From positions 1 through 64,000 of the IMG/VR virus record IMGVR_UViG_3300047476_001831: a DNA stretch of 64,000 nt. The stretch is one strand, 5' to 3'. The DNA is from a virus. Below, piece after piece: positions 37,123 to 47,189 of the stretch; positions within the stretch are counted from its first letter, which is position 1; the number at the start of each line of letters is the position of its first letter. The notes below the pieces were generated by a model. It made no database searches. It saw only the letters and a list, made by a program, of their open reading frames with translations, and was not told where the DNA came from. Position numbers and translations under genes: made by a program.

Positions 37123-37431
37123 ATGGAACTGAAAATACTAAAAAAAGATACCAATGTTACTTACTATTTTCCCCACGGAAATAACGAACCATATTGTGTT
37201 ACCTTCTTAAAATCAGGATGGAAAGGACAATATCACGTAATATCTGAATGGGGTGATTCTGGTGACTTTACACACAGATTGATGAGTCCGATTCAAATAA
37301 TAGATTTGTATCATATTGATGCTAACGATTTACCTATAAATGACCAAGTATATTGTGTAACTAAACAAGAGATTTTGAATCATCCAAATGATTATGATTT
37401 AGGTGAATTTGTTAGGAGAAAAATTTCTTAA
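37123..37431 (+). CDS. Hypothetical protein
   Basis: C-terminal PNDYDLG..VR motif. Confidence 0.6.
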   Translation: MELKILKKDTNVTYYFPHGNNEPYCVTFLKSGWKGQYHVISEWGDSGDFTHRLMSPIQIIDLYHIDANDLPINDQVYCVTKQEILNHPNDYDLGEFVRRKIS

Positions 37432-37471
37432 TCCGAATAGTTTGTTTATCTTTGTATGAAACAAAATAGTT

Positions 37472-37645
37472 ATGAAAAAGGAGAACAAAATAAAAACAAC
37501 AATTGATGCCATAGGGAATGGTGCTCGTTTGGTTTATTTAGAGAAAAATCCACATGGATATTCTTCTGTAACAAAGATTCATAAAAGTAATAAACAATAT
37601 TCACGTAAAAACAAAAGATATGAAATACAAAATCTATTTGGATGA
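37472..37645 (+). CDS. Small basic protein (ArfA-like C-terminal motif)
   Basis: 57 aa ..KIHKSNKQYSRKNK.., after a TATCTTTG promoter. Confidence 0.45.
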   Translation: MKKENKIKTTIDAIGNGARLVYLEKNPHGYSSVTKIHKSNKQYSRKNKRYEIQNLFG

Positions 37646-38048
37646 TGAAAGAACTCCAAACGACAAAGATTGGGTAATCGTTAGAAACTATGGTCAATTT
37701 ATCAAAAAAATATCCGATATTGGATTGGAGAATATTGATATGATTTCATTTGATCACGATTTAGGTGACACTGCCGTTGAGGAATATTATAGAAATGTTA
37801 TTAAAAAAGGTATATTAGATTATGACAATATCGAAGAAAGAACTGGTTATGATGCGGCTAAATGGTTGGTCGGATATTACATGGACAATTACACCAACTC
37901 AACTCATTTTCCTCAAGTATTTGTCCACTCAGCCAATCCTGTGGGAGCTGCTAATATTGTTAATTATATTAATGGTTTCCTAAGACATATGGACAAAAAA
38001 GAAACCGCAAAATTGAAAGTTCACCCGTTCACCATTCAAGATAAATAA
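37620..38048 (+). CDS. Cyclic-phosphate-processing receiver-like domain protein
   Basis: YLDDER, ISFDHDLG, TGYD..KWL, VHSANPVG. Confidence 0.8.
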   Translation: MKYKIYLDDERTPNDKDWVIVRNYGQFIKKISDIGLENIDMISFDHDLGDTAVEEYYRNVIKKGILDYDNIEERTGYDAAKWLVGYYMDNYTNSTHFPQVFVHSANPVGAANIVNYINGFLRHMDKKETAKLKVHPFTIQDK

Positions 38049-38540
38049 ATGAATATCTTTTTTTTGGATTATGATGTTGTCAAATGTGCCAAATACCATT
38101 GTGACAAACACGTTGTTAAAATGATTTTGGAATCAGCACAATTACTTTGTTCTGCACACCACGTTACAAACTCCAAATTAGAAATTCCTTACAAACTTTC
38201 ACACAGAAACCACCCCTGTTCAATATGGGTTAGAGAATCGTTATCAAACTATTTCTATCTATGTGAATTGGGGTTGGAATTGTGTAAAGAATACACTTAT
38301 CGTTATGGTAAAAGACATAAGTCCCAAGATGTTATTGAGTGGTGTGTAATAAATCCTATTAATGTAATTGATAAAGATTTTACTGAGCCACCCAAGGCTA
38401 TGCCTGATGAATATAAGGTTAAATCTGTAATTGAAAGTTATAGGAATTATTATATTGGTGCAAAAAAATCTTTTGTTTCTTGGAAAAATCGTGATATTCC
38501 CTATTGGTTTTGTGAAGAAAATCACTTAGAATTAGTATAA
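38049..38540 (+). CDS. Pyrimidine-dimer DNA glycosylase/DenV-like family protein
   Basis: MNIFFLD..HCDKHVVKMILESAQLL, NHPC.IW, EYT.RYGKRH. Confidence 0.7.
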   Translation: MNIFFLDYDVVKCAKYHCDKHVVKMILESAQLLCSAHHVTNSKLEIPYKLSHRNHPCSIWVRESLSNYFYLCELGLELCKEYTYRYGKRHKSQDVIEWCVINPINVIDKDFTEPPKAMPDEYKVKSVIESYRNYYIGAKKSFVSWKNRDIPYWFCEENHLELV

Positions 38541-38546
38541 AAAATT

Positions 38547-38807
38547 ATGACAGAGGAAAAATTCAATGAGTTGAAAACTCTAAAAGAAGAAATAAATAAA
38601 TTGGAGCGTAAGTTATCTACGATTAATAATTTGTTGGAATCCGTTAATTTGAATATGGAAATCAAAGGAACTTCCACTTGTCATTTCAAGATTAACAGAT
38701 TTATTAATATTGATGGGGATGATTTTATTAAAACTATTTTAGATTCCGAGAGAAAAACAACTGAATTTAATTTATCACAACTAAAACAAGAATTTGAAGC
38801 CAAATAA
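38547..38807 (+). CDS. Hypothetical protein
   Basis: ORF track. Confidence 0.55.
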   Translation: MTEEKFNELKTLKEEINKLERKLSTINNLLESVNLNMEIKGTSTCHFKINRFINIDGDDFIKTILDSERKTTEFNLSQLKQEFEAK

Positions 38808-38868
38808 TTATGGATACATATAATAAAATTATGACAGCAATTTTGATGACCTTATTTTTCATTTTAAT

Positions 38869-39495
38869 ATGGAGAGTAAGAAAAAAAAGAAGAGCATGAT
38901 TCTTAAAAAACATATTGGGGTAATAGTTTTTAGTGTTGGGGTTATTTCATTATTTTGTACTTTTTGGTTTATTGGGTTAATCAAAAATCCATTTAAAAAA
39001 AATGAACTTAGAATTGAAAACACAAACATATTAGTTGACGATATAAAAGTAATATCTCAACTTTTTACTTCGTCATACTATACTGAAATAGTTGTAGATT
39101 CAATTAAAAAAACACCTGGAATATTCTCGGATTATAATTATCATTTGGTTATTGTAGCACGAGGAACATCTTATATTGGTACAGACCTCTCACAACTAGA
39201 CACATCAAATATTGTAATTAGTAAAGAAGATGATAAAATAAATTGTACTCTAATACTACCCTCAGCAAAAATATTTAACACGGTTGTTAATCCATCAGGA
39301 TTTAGTATTTTTATGGATAGTAAAGGATTTACACCTAACGAAGTTCAATCAACTAAGAACAAGGCCTTAATTGAAATTGAGAAGGATGTGGTAAAGAATG
39401 GGATGTTAGAAAAAGCGAATGAAAGAACAAAAAAATTATTTACTGACTTATTAGTTGGGATGGGATTTTCTAAAGTTACGATTATTATCAAATGA
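38869..39495 (+). CDS. DUF4230-like membrane-anchored protein
   Basis: TM, G..YIGTDLS, LPSAKI, A.E....L...GF..V. Confidence 0.65.
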   Translation: MESKKKKKSMILKKHIGVIVFSVGVISLFCTFWFIGLIKNPFKKNELRIENTNILVDDIKVISQLFTSSYYTEIVVDSIKKTPGIFSDYNYHLVIVARGTSYIGTDLSQLDTSNIVISKEDDKINCTLILPSAKIFNTVVNPSGFSIFMDSKGFTPNEVQSTKNKALIEIEKDVVKNGMLEKANERTKKLFTDLLVGMGFSKVTIIIK

Positions 39496-40076
39496 GAAAA
39501 ATATTAATATTAATAGTGTTCTTTTTTATTTCTTGTGTTAAAGAAAAAGAATTACCCAATGAAGACCAAATCCTTAATAAGGTTAGTGAAATGTCTACAT
39601 TAGGTACGGTTGAATATAACTTAACTAAGATTATTCAAGTTGATGACAAACAATGGTATTCTATCGGACCTAGGAAGATATTGTTGGAGTGTAAAGCGTA
39701 TGTAAAAGCTGGAATTGATTTTAGAGAAATTAAAATTGTTGAAATTAATGATAGTTTAAAAAGTATTAAGGTTGAGATACCTGATGCAAAAATACTGATA
39801 GTTAATATCCCACCAAATGACATAAGAGTAATAAATACTCACGTTGGTTTGTTAAGGGCAAACTTTACCCACGAAGAATTGGATGAAATCCAAAAACAAG
39901 CCGAAGAAGATATCAATAACAAAATACAGGATTTGAATATTTTGTTTGATGCAAAAAAGAATGGGAAATTATTTTTACAAAACTTTTTAAGAAATTTAGG
40001 TTTCCAACGAATTACAATTATTGATAATAATTATATAATACCCACTATATCCAACTATGACACACAAACTAACTAA
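39492..40076 (+). CDS. DUF4230-like lipoprotein
   Basis: Lipobox FISC, VKAGIDF, IPDAKI. Confidence 0.7.
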   Translation: MRKILILIVFFFISCVKEKELPNEDQILNKVSEMSTLGTVEYNLTKIIQVDDKQWYSIGPRKILLECKAYVKAGIDFREIKIVEINDSLKSIKVEIPDAKILIVNIPPNDIRVINTHVGLLRANFTHEELDEIQKQAEEDINNKIQDLNILFDAKKNGKLFLQNFLRNLGFQRITIIDNNYIIPTISNYDTQTN

Positions 40077-40323
40077 ATTTCAAACCCAAACTTGGGAAAA
40101 AATACAACCAATAATAAAAAAACATCCATACGAAGTAACTTTTAATTTTGATGATGATTTTGTAATTACACAACAAATAAAAGATAAGAATTACACCATT
40201 ACTTTATTTCCAAAAGATGAAGTTTCATTCACAATATATAGACCTGATGGTGGTAGTAATTTGTATTTTTATAGTGATGTGTCTAAGTTTTTGTATGACT
40301 TAAAATCTTTGGTTGATTTATAA
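40057..40323 (+). CDS. Hypothetical protein
   Basis: ORF track. Confidence 0.55.
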   Translation: MTHKLTKFQTQTWEKIQPIIKKHPYEVTFNFDDDFVITQQIKDKNYTITLFPKDEVSFTIYRPDGGSNLYFYSDVSKFLYDLKSLVDL

Positions 40324-40414
40324 TCTCCAAAAATATTTTTTAAAAAATCCCCATTTTAATTTTGATATTAGGATGGGGTTTTTTATCTTTGTAAGACAAT
40401 AAAACGAAATAGAA

Positions 40415-40900
40415 ATGGGAACAAATTACTACAGAATACCAAGTGTTGAAGAAATGGAAAAAAGAAAAGAAGAATTGATTGACAATATCAACTCCTTGGA
40501 TATTTCACCATTGTCAATTGAAAGAAAATTTACAACAATCCAAAAAGAAAATGATTGGGATACTTATTCAATTTGGGATTTGTTCACCGAAAATACAAGT
40601 ATTCATTTAGGTAAGCGTAGTAGTGGATGGAAATTTTTATGGAACTTTCATCAAAACAAATTCTACTCCAACAAAGAAGAACTATTTAATTTTATAAGAA
40701 GTGGTAGAGTTGTAGATGAATATGGTGATGAAATGGAAGTTGAGGAGTTTATCACAATGGCATTAGAGTGGGGACAACCTAATGGTTTAGATAGTGAAAC
40801 ATATCGTAAAGAACATCCTCGTCAATACCACTACGATTTTGAAGAAAAAGAAAAATATATTGATGGGCTTAGAGTTTCACCTCATACAGATTTTTGTTAA
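40415..40900 (+). CDS. Conserved phage protein (MGTNYY..HLGKRSSGW..DEYG family)
   Basis: Motifs recognised from phage proteins. Confidence 0.75.
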   Translation: MGTNYYRIPSVEEMEKRKEELIDNINSLDISPLSIERKFTTIQKENDWDTYSIWDLFTENTSIHLGKRSSGWKFLWNFHQNKFYSNKEELFNFIRSGRVVDEYGDEMEVEEFITMALEWGQPNGLDSETYRKEHPRQYHYDFEEKEKYIDGLRVSPHTDFC

Positions 40901-40921
40901 CAATTTAAAATATTAAGAACT

Positions 40922-41215
40922 ATGGCAAAGAGATTATCATATGAAGAAAAGAAAGAAAAATTATTGGTTGATATAATCAATAAAATGTTTGAAATTGCAG
41001 GACATGATGTTACCTTTGAGGATATCAAAGACCGAAAAGATGATTGGTATAATCAATGGACTATGACTGAAGACCAATACAATGAATGGAGAAAATGGGG
41101 TGCTAAACAAATCAAAAAGTTGATGAAGTTAACTGATGTTTATGCTGACAGACAAATGGCAATGATTGGATTGAATTATGGATTGAAATTTGAAAAACCT
41201 ATAGAAATATCTTAA
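40922..41215 (+). CDS. Hypothetical protein
   Basis: ORF track. Confidence 0.65.
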   Translation: MAKRLSYEEKKEKLLVDIINKMFEIAGHDVTFEDIKDRKDDWYNQWTMTEDQYNEWRKWGAKQIKKLMKLTDVYADRQMAMIGLNYGLKFEKPIEIS

Positions 41216-41629
41216 ATGGAAAAAGACATAATCACCTATCAAAGTGTTTTCTTGGATGATGTAAACATTACAGTCCTATTTAAAGAAAATGAAAATTACG
41301 ATATTGTTAAAAATCTTTTTGACAAATATGGATTTGGTTTTTATTATCCGAAATCAAAAACAATTATAATTGATGGTGAGATATTTCTTGATACTGAACT
41401 AACATTTGATGATTTGAGATTTGTTGAGGCACACGAGATAGGTCATCTGTTGTTAAATCACAAAGGTGGAATTAGATATGATGAAGACGAAATTGATGCT
41501 GATTTAGTTGCATATATGTTACTCAAAAAACAAGGATTAACCACCGATAGATTGGTGGATACATTTGAAGAAAGACACGGAGTTGAGTTTTCAACAGAAT
41601 TACTCAAAAGAGTAAAAAACAAGTTTTAA
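41216..41629 (+). CDS. HExxH metallopeptidase (ImmA/IrrE/M48-like)
   Basis: AHEIGHLLL..EIDADL.A. Confidence 0.7.
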   Translation: MEKDIITYQSVFLDDVNITVLFKENENYDIVKNLFDKYGFGFYYPKSKTIIIDGEIFLDTELTFDDLRFVEAHEIGHLLLNHKGGIRYDEDEIDADLVAYMLLKKQGLTTDRLVDTFEERHGVEFSTELLKRVKNKF

Positions 41630-41712
41630 CAACAAAGTCCAACTTAGGTTGGACTTTTTTAATTTAATTGGTATTTATTTGTTATAAATAAATTATCAAA
41701 AATTTGTATTGA

Positions 41713-42318
41713 ATGTCCTCAGATATTATTGTAGCATTTATTTCAGGGGTGATGGGACCTGTGACATTATTATATGCAAAACACTTATTAGATAAAAGAA
41801 AGAAAAAACCTGATATGTTACAAGATGCACTCAAAGTTGGGGAACTTGTAATGTCAAAAATAGAACATATAAGAGACGAATTGAATTGTGATAGAGTTTG
41901 GGTTACTCAGTTCCATAATGGAGGTAACTTCTATCCAACAGGGAAATCTATGGCTAAATTCAGTATGATATATGAAGTTGTTGGGCCTAATACAAATTCT
42001 AAACAAAACAACTTTAAAAATTTGCCAGTAAATCTTTTCACAAAATCAATTAATGAATTATTTGAAAATGATATAATTGAAATTCCTGATTTCAAAGATG
42101 AAACAATTGCAACATTTGGATTAAAATATATTGCTGAAGAAACGAATTGTAAGTCACAATATATTTTCGCAATTAAAACTTTGGATAATAAGTTTATTGG
42201 AACTCTCGGAATTGATTATACAAAAAGAAAAACAAAATTGGATATGGAAACAATAAACCACATTGCAGTTCATGCTGGAACATTAGGTGGTGTACTAATG
42301 AATCATTTAAAACAATAG
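41713..42318 (+). CDS. N-terminal TM + GAF-domain protein (T4 holin T-like architecture)
   Basis: TM, then CDRVWVTQFHNGG, FIGTLGIDY. Confidence 0.65.
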   Translation: MSSDIIVAFISGVMGPVTLLYAKHLLDKRKKKPDMLQDALKVGELVMSKIEHIRDELNCDRVWVTQFHNGGNFYPTGKSMAKFSMIYEVVGPNTNSKQNNFKNLPVNLFTKSINELFENDIIEIPDFKDETIATFGLKYIAEETNCKSQYIFAIKTLDNKFIGTLGIDYTKRKTKLDMETINHIAVHAGTLGGVLMNHLKQ

Positions 42319-42319
42319 T

Positions 42320-43075
42320 ATGTCTAATGTAAAAAATAATATTAAAAGTATTTCAAACATTAATCTCACAAATTTGAATGAATTTAGAGATAATGTAGAT
42401 GAAAATTTTGGGAAAGCCCTTGAACTTTTGATTACTAATTGGGTAAGTAATGGTAAATTCACAATAAGTATTGCAACAATTCCAAACGATAACAGTAAAG
42501 TTAAATTTTCTACATTTTTGTCAGGAACAACAACTGACGTTAAATATGATTTTCTTAAACATATTAATGAAAATATAAATACAAATGACCAAATAAAAAA
42601 ACTAGGACAATTTTCAGTTGACACTTCAAACAATGAATTAGGTTTTAAATCATCAACAACTCCAGCTGTAGATTGGAAAAATTATCCTTGTGTTACAAGT
42701 TCAACAGATAAAAAAGAAGTAAAATTAGTTGATGGTAGTGTTACTTATGAAATAAGTGGATTCACATATTACGCTAATGGTACAAAAAAAGATAAAACCG
42801 GGAATGTATCAAATTATGTTTGTTCTGAAGATAAAAAAACAATTATGTCAGCTTCAACAACAACATTAACTGTAGGAGGTGGTTCACCAAGTAGTGGAGG
42901 TTCAACTGGATTAGCAACAGGTAGGTCAGCTATTGCCGCTGAATTAGAAAAACAAGGTGCCGGGGGAAGTCTTGCAACAACTGTTAAAAATTTAAAAACT
43001 ACTACCACCGAATCAACATCAAATAAAACTTTACTTGAAGAAGTAAAAAGAATGAAAAAATTAATGTCATTATGA
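42320..43075 (+). CDS. Putative virion protein
   Basis: S/T/G-rich, C-terminal LLEEVKRMKKLM. Confidence 0.55.
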   Translation: MSNVKNNIKSISNINLTNLNEFRDNVDENFGKALELLITNWVSNGKFTISIATIPNDNSKVKFSTFLSGTTTDVKYDFLKHINENINTNDQIKKLGQFSVDTSNNELGFKSSTTPAVDWKNYPCVTSSTDKKEVKLVDGSVTYEISGFTYYANGTKKDKTGNVSNYVCSEDKKTIMSASTTTLTVGGGSPSSGGSTGLATGRSAIAAELEKQGAGGSLATTVKNLKTTTTESTSNKTLLEEVKRMKKLMSL

Positions 43076-43716
43076 GTTTTGTAAAACCAATTAAATATGG
43101 AACACTTACTAGTGATTCATCTAAAACATTTGTTTACACACCAGAACAAAATGATCAAATTGTAGCACCATTTGATGGTGTTATTACTGATACCAATTTA
43201 AACAAATGTGGTGGTTTTATACAATTATCTCATTTGATTGGTGGAAAACTTATCTATTCTGAAATATGTGGTGTAAATAAAAATATTTTGGTAGGTAGTG
43301 GTATGGAGGTAAAAAAGGGTGAAGTTATTGGACAATGTGGTGGAAAAGATGTTACGTTTGAAGTAAAGGATTCAAATAAAGATAAGATAACTATAGCACA
43401 ATTCTTTTCTACTAAATCAGAGGTTGAAAAGAATAAGAAAGAAGATGAAACTAAAAAGTCTGATGACTCTAAGAAAAAAGAAGAAAAGAAAAAACAAGAA
43501 AAGAATCAAGAGGATAATTTAAATGAACCCAAGGATAAAAAAGGTTGGGATTGGAAAAATCCAAGAAATCCTAAAGAGCTTCCTAATTTGTTTACAAGTT
43601 TAATGTTAACCCCTTTTGCAATGATAGAAAAAGGACTTACATCAAAGAAAAAAGAAAACAAAGAAGAAGATGAAAAATTAAACGAAGAACTAAAAAGAAT
43701 TAAAAAATTATTATAA
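43072..43716 (+). CDS. M23/LytM-like domain protein, probably catalytically degenerate
   Basis: IVAPFDGVI, CGG.I.L.H, V..G.EVKKGEVIG; no HxH motif. Confidence 0.6.
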   Translation: MSFVKPIKYGTLTSDSSKTFVYTPEQNDQIVAPFDGVITDTNLNKCGGFIQLSHLIGGKLIYSEICGVNKNILVGSGMEVKKGEVIGQCGGKDVTFEVKDSNKDKITIAQFFSTKSEVEKNKKEDETKKSDDSKKKEEKKKQEKNQEDNLNEPKDKKGWDWKNPRNPKELPNLFTSLMLTPFAMIEKGLTSKKKENKEEDEKLNEELKRIKKLL

Positions 43717-43771
43717 TAAAAAATCCCCATCCAAAAGGTGGGGATTCTTATTTTTTGGTTAGAAATTAAAA

Positions 43772-43936
43772 CTATTTCTCAACCTTAGCAGAATCAACAG
43801 AAGGGGTTGTTACTGTAGTAGTTTCAACTGCTGTAGAATCTGTTGCAGGAGTTGTTTCTTCAGTAGATGCAGTAGAACCACAAGAAGCTAAAATAGTGCT
43901 TAGAACTACGATTGTTCCAAAAAGTACGTTTTTCAT
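43772..43936 (-). CDS. Small Thr/Ser-rich lipoprotein
   Basis: MKNVLFGTIVVLSTILASCGSTASTEETTPATDSTAV..; lipobox LASC. Confidence 0.7.
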   Translation of the reverse strand: MKNVLFGTIVVLSTILASCGSTASTEETTPATDSTAVETTTVTTPSVDSAKVEK

Positions 43937-44047
43937 TTTTTAAAAATTTTTTTTAAGATTTAATTTTGTATTTGTTATTGAACACTTAATAAATACACAA
44001 TTATGGATAAGAAGTCAAATCTATTTGATTTTTTTTTGTTAAAATTT

Positions 44048-44428
44048 ATACTTATGAAAAAAATATATAATATGAATTGGAAACACACCTTAATTATCGT
44101 GGTGTCTATTCTTTTTATTGGTATGGGACTTGGATATCTAATCAGTTATAATGCTGTGGAAACAAGATCCATCAATCAACAAATTATAGATACTGAAAGA
44201 AAAGTAATTGATTCCTTATTTAAGGAATTAACCATTATGAAAGCTGAGAGAGAGAAAATGGAATCTCAACTAGATGAACTCACTGCTGGTATTAGAATCA
44301 GTGAAACGAATTTGTCAACAAAAATAAACCAACTAAAAATTCAAAACAATGTTAAGATTGACGCTATTACTAGTAGTACTAATGACCAGCTTCTCGATGG
44401 GTTACGCGCAAGATTCTATAAAAAATAA
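44048..44428 (+). CDS. TM + coiled-coil protein (i-spanin-like); start uncertain
   Basis: Single TM then coiled coil; overlaps the next gene. Confidence 0.45.
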   Translation: MLMKKIYNMNWKHTLIIVVSILFIGMGLGYLISYNAVETRSINQQIIDTERKVIDSLFKELTIMKAEREKMESQLDELTAGIRISETNLSTKINQLKIQNNVKIDAITSSTNDQLLDGLRARFYKK

Positions 44429-44843
44429 TTCAGATACAATCAAACCTCAAATTGATTTAATGATAATTAATGGTGATACCTTATTCACTATCAACAGAAA
44501 GTTAGCTGAAACTATTGCAATAGAACATGATTCTTTGGAGTTAACAGCGGAACGATTAAATGATTGTACAGATGCTTTGATAAGTTGTATTGATGTGAAA
44601 AACCAATATAAAGTAGCATTAGAAAAATCAGAGGGAATTACTGATATGTTGAAGAAGGAATTGGATAAAAAGGATAGGATTATACAAGGTTATCAAACAA
44701 TAGATGTATCACAACAAAAAATTATTGGGGAACTACATAATGAGTTTAAGAAAGCAAGAAATAGAAATAAGTGGTTGACAGGCATTACAATTGGAGGGAC
44801 TACTTTAGGGTTTACTTCAATAATCCTTTTACTTCTAAAATGA
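44349..44843 (+). CDS. Signal peptide + coiled coil + C-terminal TM (spanin-like)
   Basis: Starts inside the previous ORF in another frame. Confidence 0.5.
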   Translation: MLRLTLLLVVLMTSFSMGYAQDSIKNNSDTIKPQIDLMIINGDTLFTINRKLAETIAIEHDSLELTAERLNDCTDALISCIDVKNQYKVALEKSEGITDMLKKELDKKDRIIQGYQTIDVSQQKIIGELHNEFKKARNRNKWLTGITIGGTTLGFTSIILLLLK

Positions 44844-44895
44844 TTTATTTAGATTTAATATGTCTTCGGACATTAAATTTAAATAATTTATTATT

Positions 44896-45276
44896 ATGGA
44901 AATTACTTATTTTGCTTTAGGTATGCTCTCGATGGTGGCTCTAGTATTTGTTGGAGTTATTGTTTGGGGTGTGTTTAAGGTTATGAAAATTGAAAACCAA
45001 ATTGTTGGTATAAAAGAAAGTCATAGATTTGATGTTGATAACATTCAACGTCAATTCGATAATGTCTATAGGTCTATTGGTGAACTTAGAGATGATTCGT
45101 ACAGAGGAATTCACGAGTTTAATAAAGATGTTCACAAAAAAATTGAAGATATTGAAGGGCATCATAACATTAAGTTCGATGAAATTTCAAGAATGGTTAA
45201 TGATATGTATAATGATGCTTGTAGATATACAGATAGAAGATTTGATAAAGCAAAACCACAAAAAGAAGTTCTATAA
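44896..45276 (+). CDS. Membrane-anchored coiled-coil protein
   Basis: N-terminal TM, C-terminal YTDRRFDK. Confidence 0.6.
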   Translation: MEITYFALGMLSMVALVFVGVIVWGVFKVMKIENQIVGIKESHRFDVDNIQRQFDNVYRSIGELRDDSYRGIHEFNKDVHKKIEDIEGHHNIKFDEISRMVNDMYNDACRYTDRRFDKAKPQKEVL

Positions 45277-45312
45277 ATTAAAAACCCCTCTTTATCGGAG
45301 GGGTTATTTTTT

Positions 45313-45693
45313 TGGTGGAGGCATAGGGAGTCGAACCCTTTCCTGTCCATCTTAACTATTAAGGACTACATGCTTAGGACAACATTATTCACAATGTTCC
45401 GAGTTAGTTAATTTTTGATACCCCAAAATCAACAAAATCAGTCAATTCATTTTTAGGGATGAGAATTGATTAGACAACCCTATAGTACTTCTGTTCCTGA
45501 GTGAATGTACCCCGACTCGAAAGTAATGACCTATTGACTAGGCTACTACTGCTTCTTCAGCACGGATTAAACCTACTGCAGAAAGTTTGTTGATAACGTT
45601 GCCGTTTATCGTTTCAAACCAGTTTAACAGACTTAGTTTAGGTCTGGCATGCCCCAAATAACTAACTATGTCAGTCGATACCAAATTGCCCCC
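45313..45693 (-). ncRNA. ssrA: tmRNA
   Basis: 5' GGGGGCA..GGTATCGAC, 3' GGGTTCGACTCCCTATGCCTCCACCA, G3:U70; tag frame GNVINKLSAVGLIRAEEAVVA*. Confidence 0.92.
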
Positions 45694-45779
45694 ATATTTT
45701 CAAATAACAATACTCAAATATAAATATAGTTATTGATTAAACCAATAAATTAAGGTATTTATTAATAAAAATATTTTTT

Positions 45780-47180
45780 ATGACACCAAAGGAATTAGCT
45801 GATGAACAATCAAAGGTGATATTTGAGAATGACGATGTTATGTTCATTGAAATATATGGTTATCAGGCAATGGAATATTATGGTTCTGAATACTTGAATC
45901 GTACATATAAACCGAATAAATTAAGAGGTGGGGATTTGTATTTAGTTATTGATAAAAATGGAGATAACAATTATCAAATATTTGAACCGAAACATGGTAA
46001 TGTTGAGATTGAGGATTTTGATGGTAGAATGAAAGAATTTGTTGATGTGATTAAAAAATATCCTGATTTAGAAAAAATACTTATTGATTTGGTAACAATT
46101 AATACACCCTATGGGATGTTGTTAGCGATAAAAAATGGTATTGATGTTGATAGATGGAGATTAAGAGATATTGATGATTGTTTTTCTAAAGTAGTTTTGA
46201 ACCAAAAAAATCCAGGAAAAAGTATGATTGAGCTGAGTTTTGATGAGAGTGAATTTTTCGATTTTTTTGAGTTTACTAATGGGGATTGGGACAAGAAAAT
46301 ACTATCTAGTTTATTTGGTGGTAGGTATGGTGGATACTATGGATATGACATTTATGATAGTGATACGATTTATTACGATTGGAAAGAAGGATACATTTTG
46401 AGAAATATTAATGATGAAAATGAACAATTACTTACAAAAATAGTAACAATCGCATCACCAGCTCTATTGAAATTCAAAGATAATCAAGACAAATATTATG
46501 AAAGTGTTTCCAAATTTTTAGATGACAACTTTAACGGTGAGGCGGAGAATATGAAAGATGAATATAAGGATTTGTTAAATAATGGAGCTGATGAAAAAAT
46601 TAAGAAATTTGCAATAAGTGATATTGGTGATCCATTTAGAGACTATGGTGTGATAGTAAAGGGTGAAAAATATTTTAGTAATTATGTTACAACCGTAAAT
46701 GTCCTATTAACACTATATAAAATGATGGGTGTTGACAAATCCGCAACTTTGAAAGAATTATTTGAAAAATTAGGTAAAAGTTTGAATTTGAATATTGGAA
46801 ACTATAACGAGATTGGAAGAGAAGCTTACGAAATTGATGAGGAAAGATGGAATGATGTGGTTAAATCTAACTTGGAGGAAATTCTAGAATACATAGAAGA
46901 AAATCCTGAACAATTTGAAGGAACAAAAAAATATGGTGAAGTTCTTCAAGCAATAGATAAGATGGGATATGAAATCGGTAGTGATTATCCTTTACCTTAT
47001 GATAGAAAAAAAATATTTAGAATTGATGATATAAACAAAGAAAACTTAAGAATTATTTTAAGTTACAATGGTGATAAAGGATTCGAAAGGAGAACTTATT
47101 CTTTAGAGGAATTCAATAATTTTTTACAATCACCAGAATTATTTGAAAGTTTAGTAAAAAAATTAAAAAAAATGTTGTAA
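45780..47180 (+). CDS. Hypothetical protein
   Basis: 466 aa ORF. Confidence 0.7.
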   Translation: MTPKELADEQSKVIFENDDVMFIEIYGYQAMEYYGSEYLNRTYKPNKLRGGDLYLVIDKNGDNNYQIFEPKHGNVEIEDFDGRMKEFVDVIKKYPDLEKILIDLVTINTPYGMLLAIKNGIDVDRWRLRDIDDCFSKVVLNQKNPGKSMIELSFDESEFFDFFEFTNGDWDKKILSSLFGGRYGGYYGYDIYDSDTIYYDWKEGYILRNINDENEQLLTKIVTIASPALLKFKDNQDKYYESVSKFLDDNFNGEAENMKDEYKDLLNNGADEKIKKFAISDIGDPFRDYGVIVKGEKYFSNYVTTVNVLLTLYKMMGVDKSATLKELFEKLGKSLNLNIGNYNEIGREAYEIDEERWNDVVKSNLEEILEYIEENPEQFEGTKKYGEVLQAIDKMGYEIGSDYPLPYDRKKIFRIDDINKENLRIILSYNGDKGFERRTYSLEEFNNFLQSPELFESLVKKLKKML

Positions 47181-47189
47181 GATTGTGTT

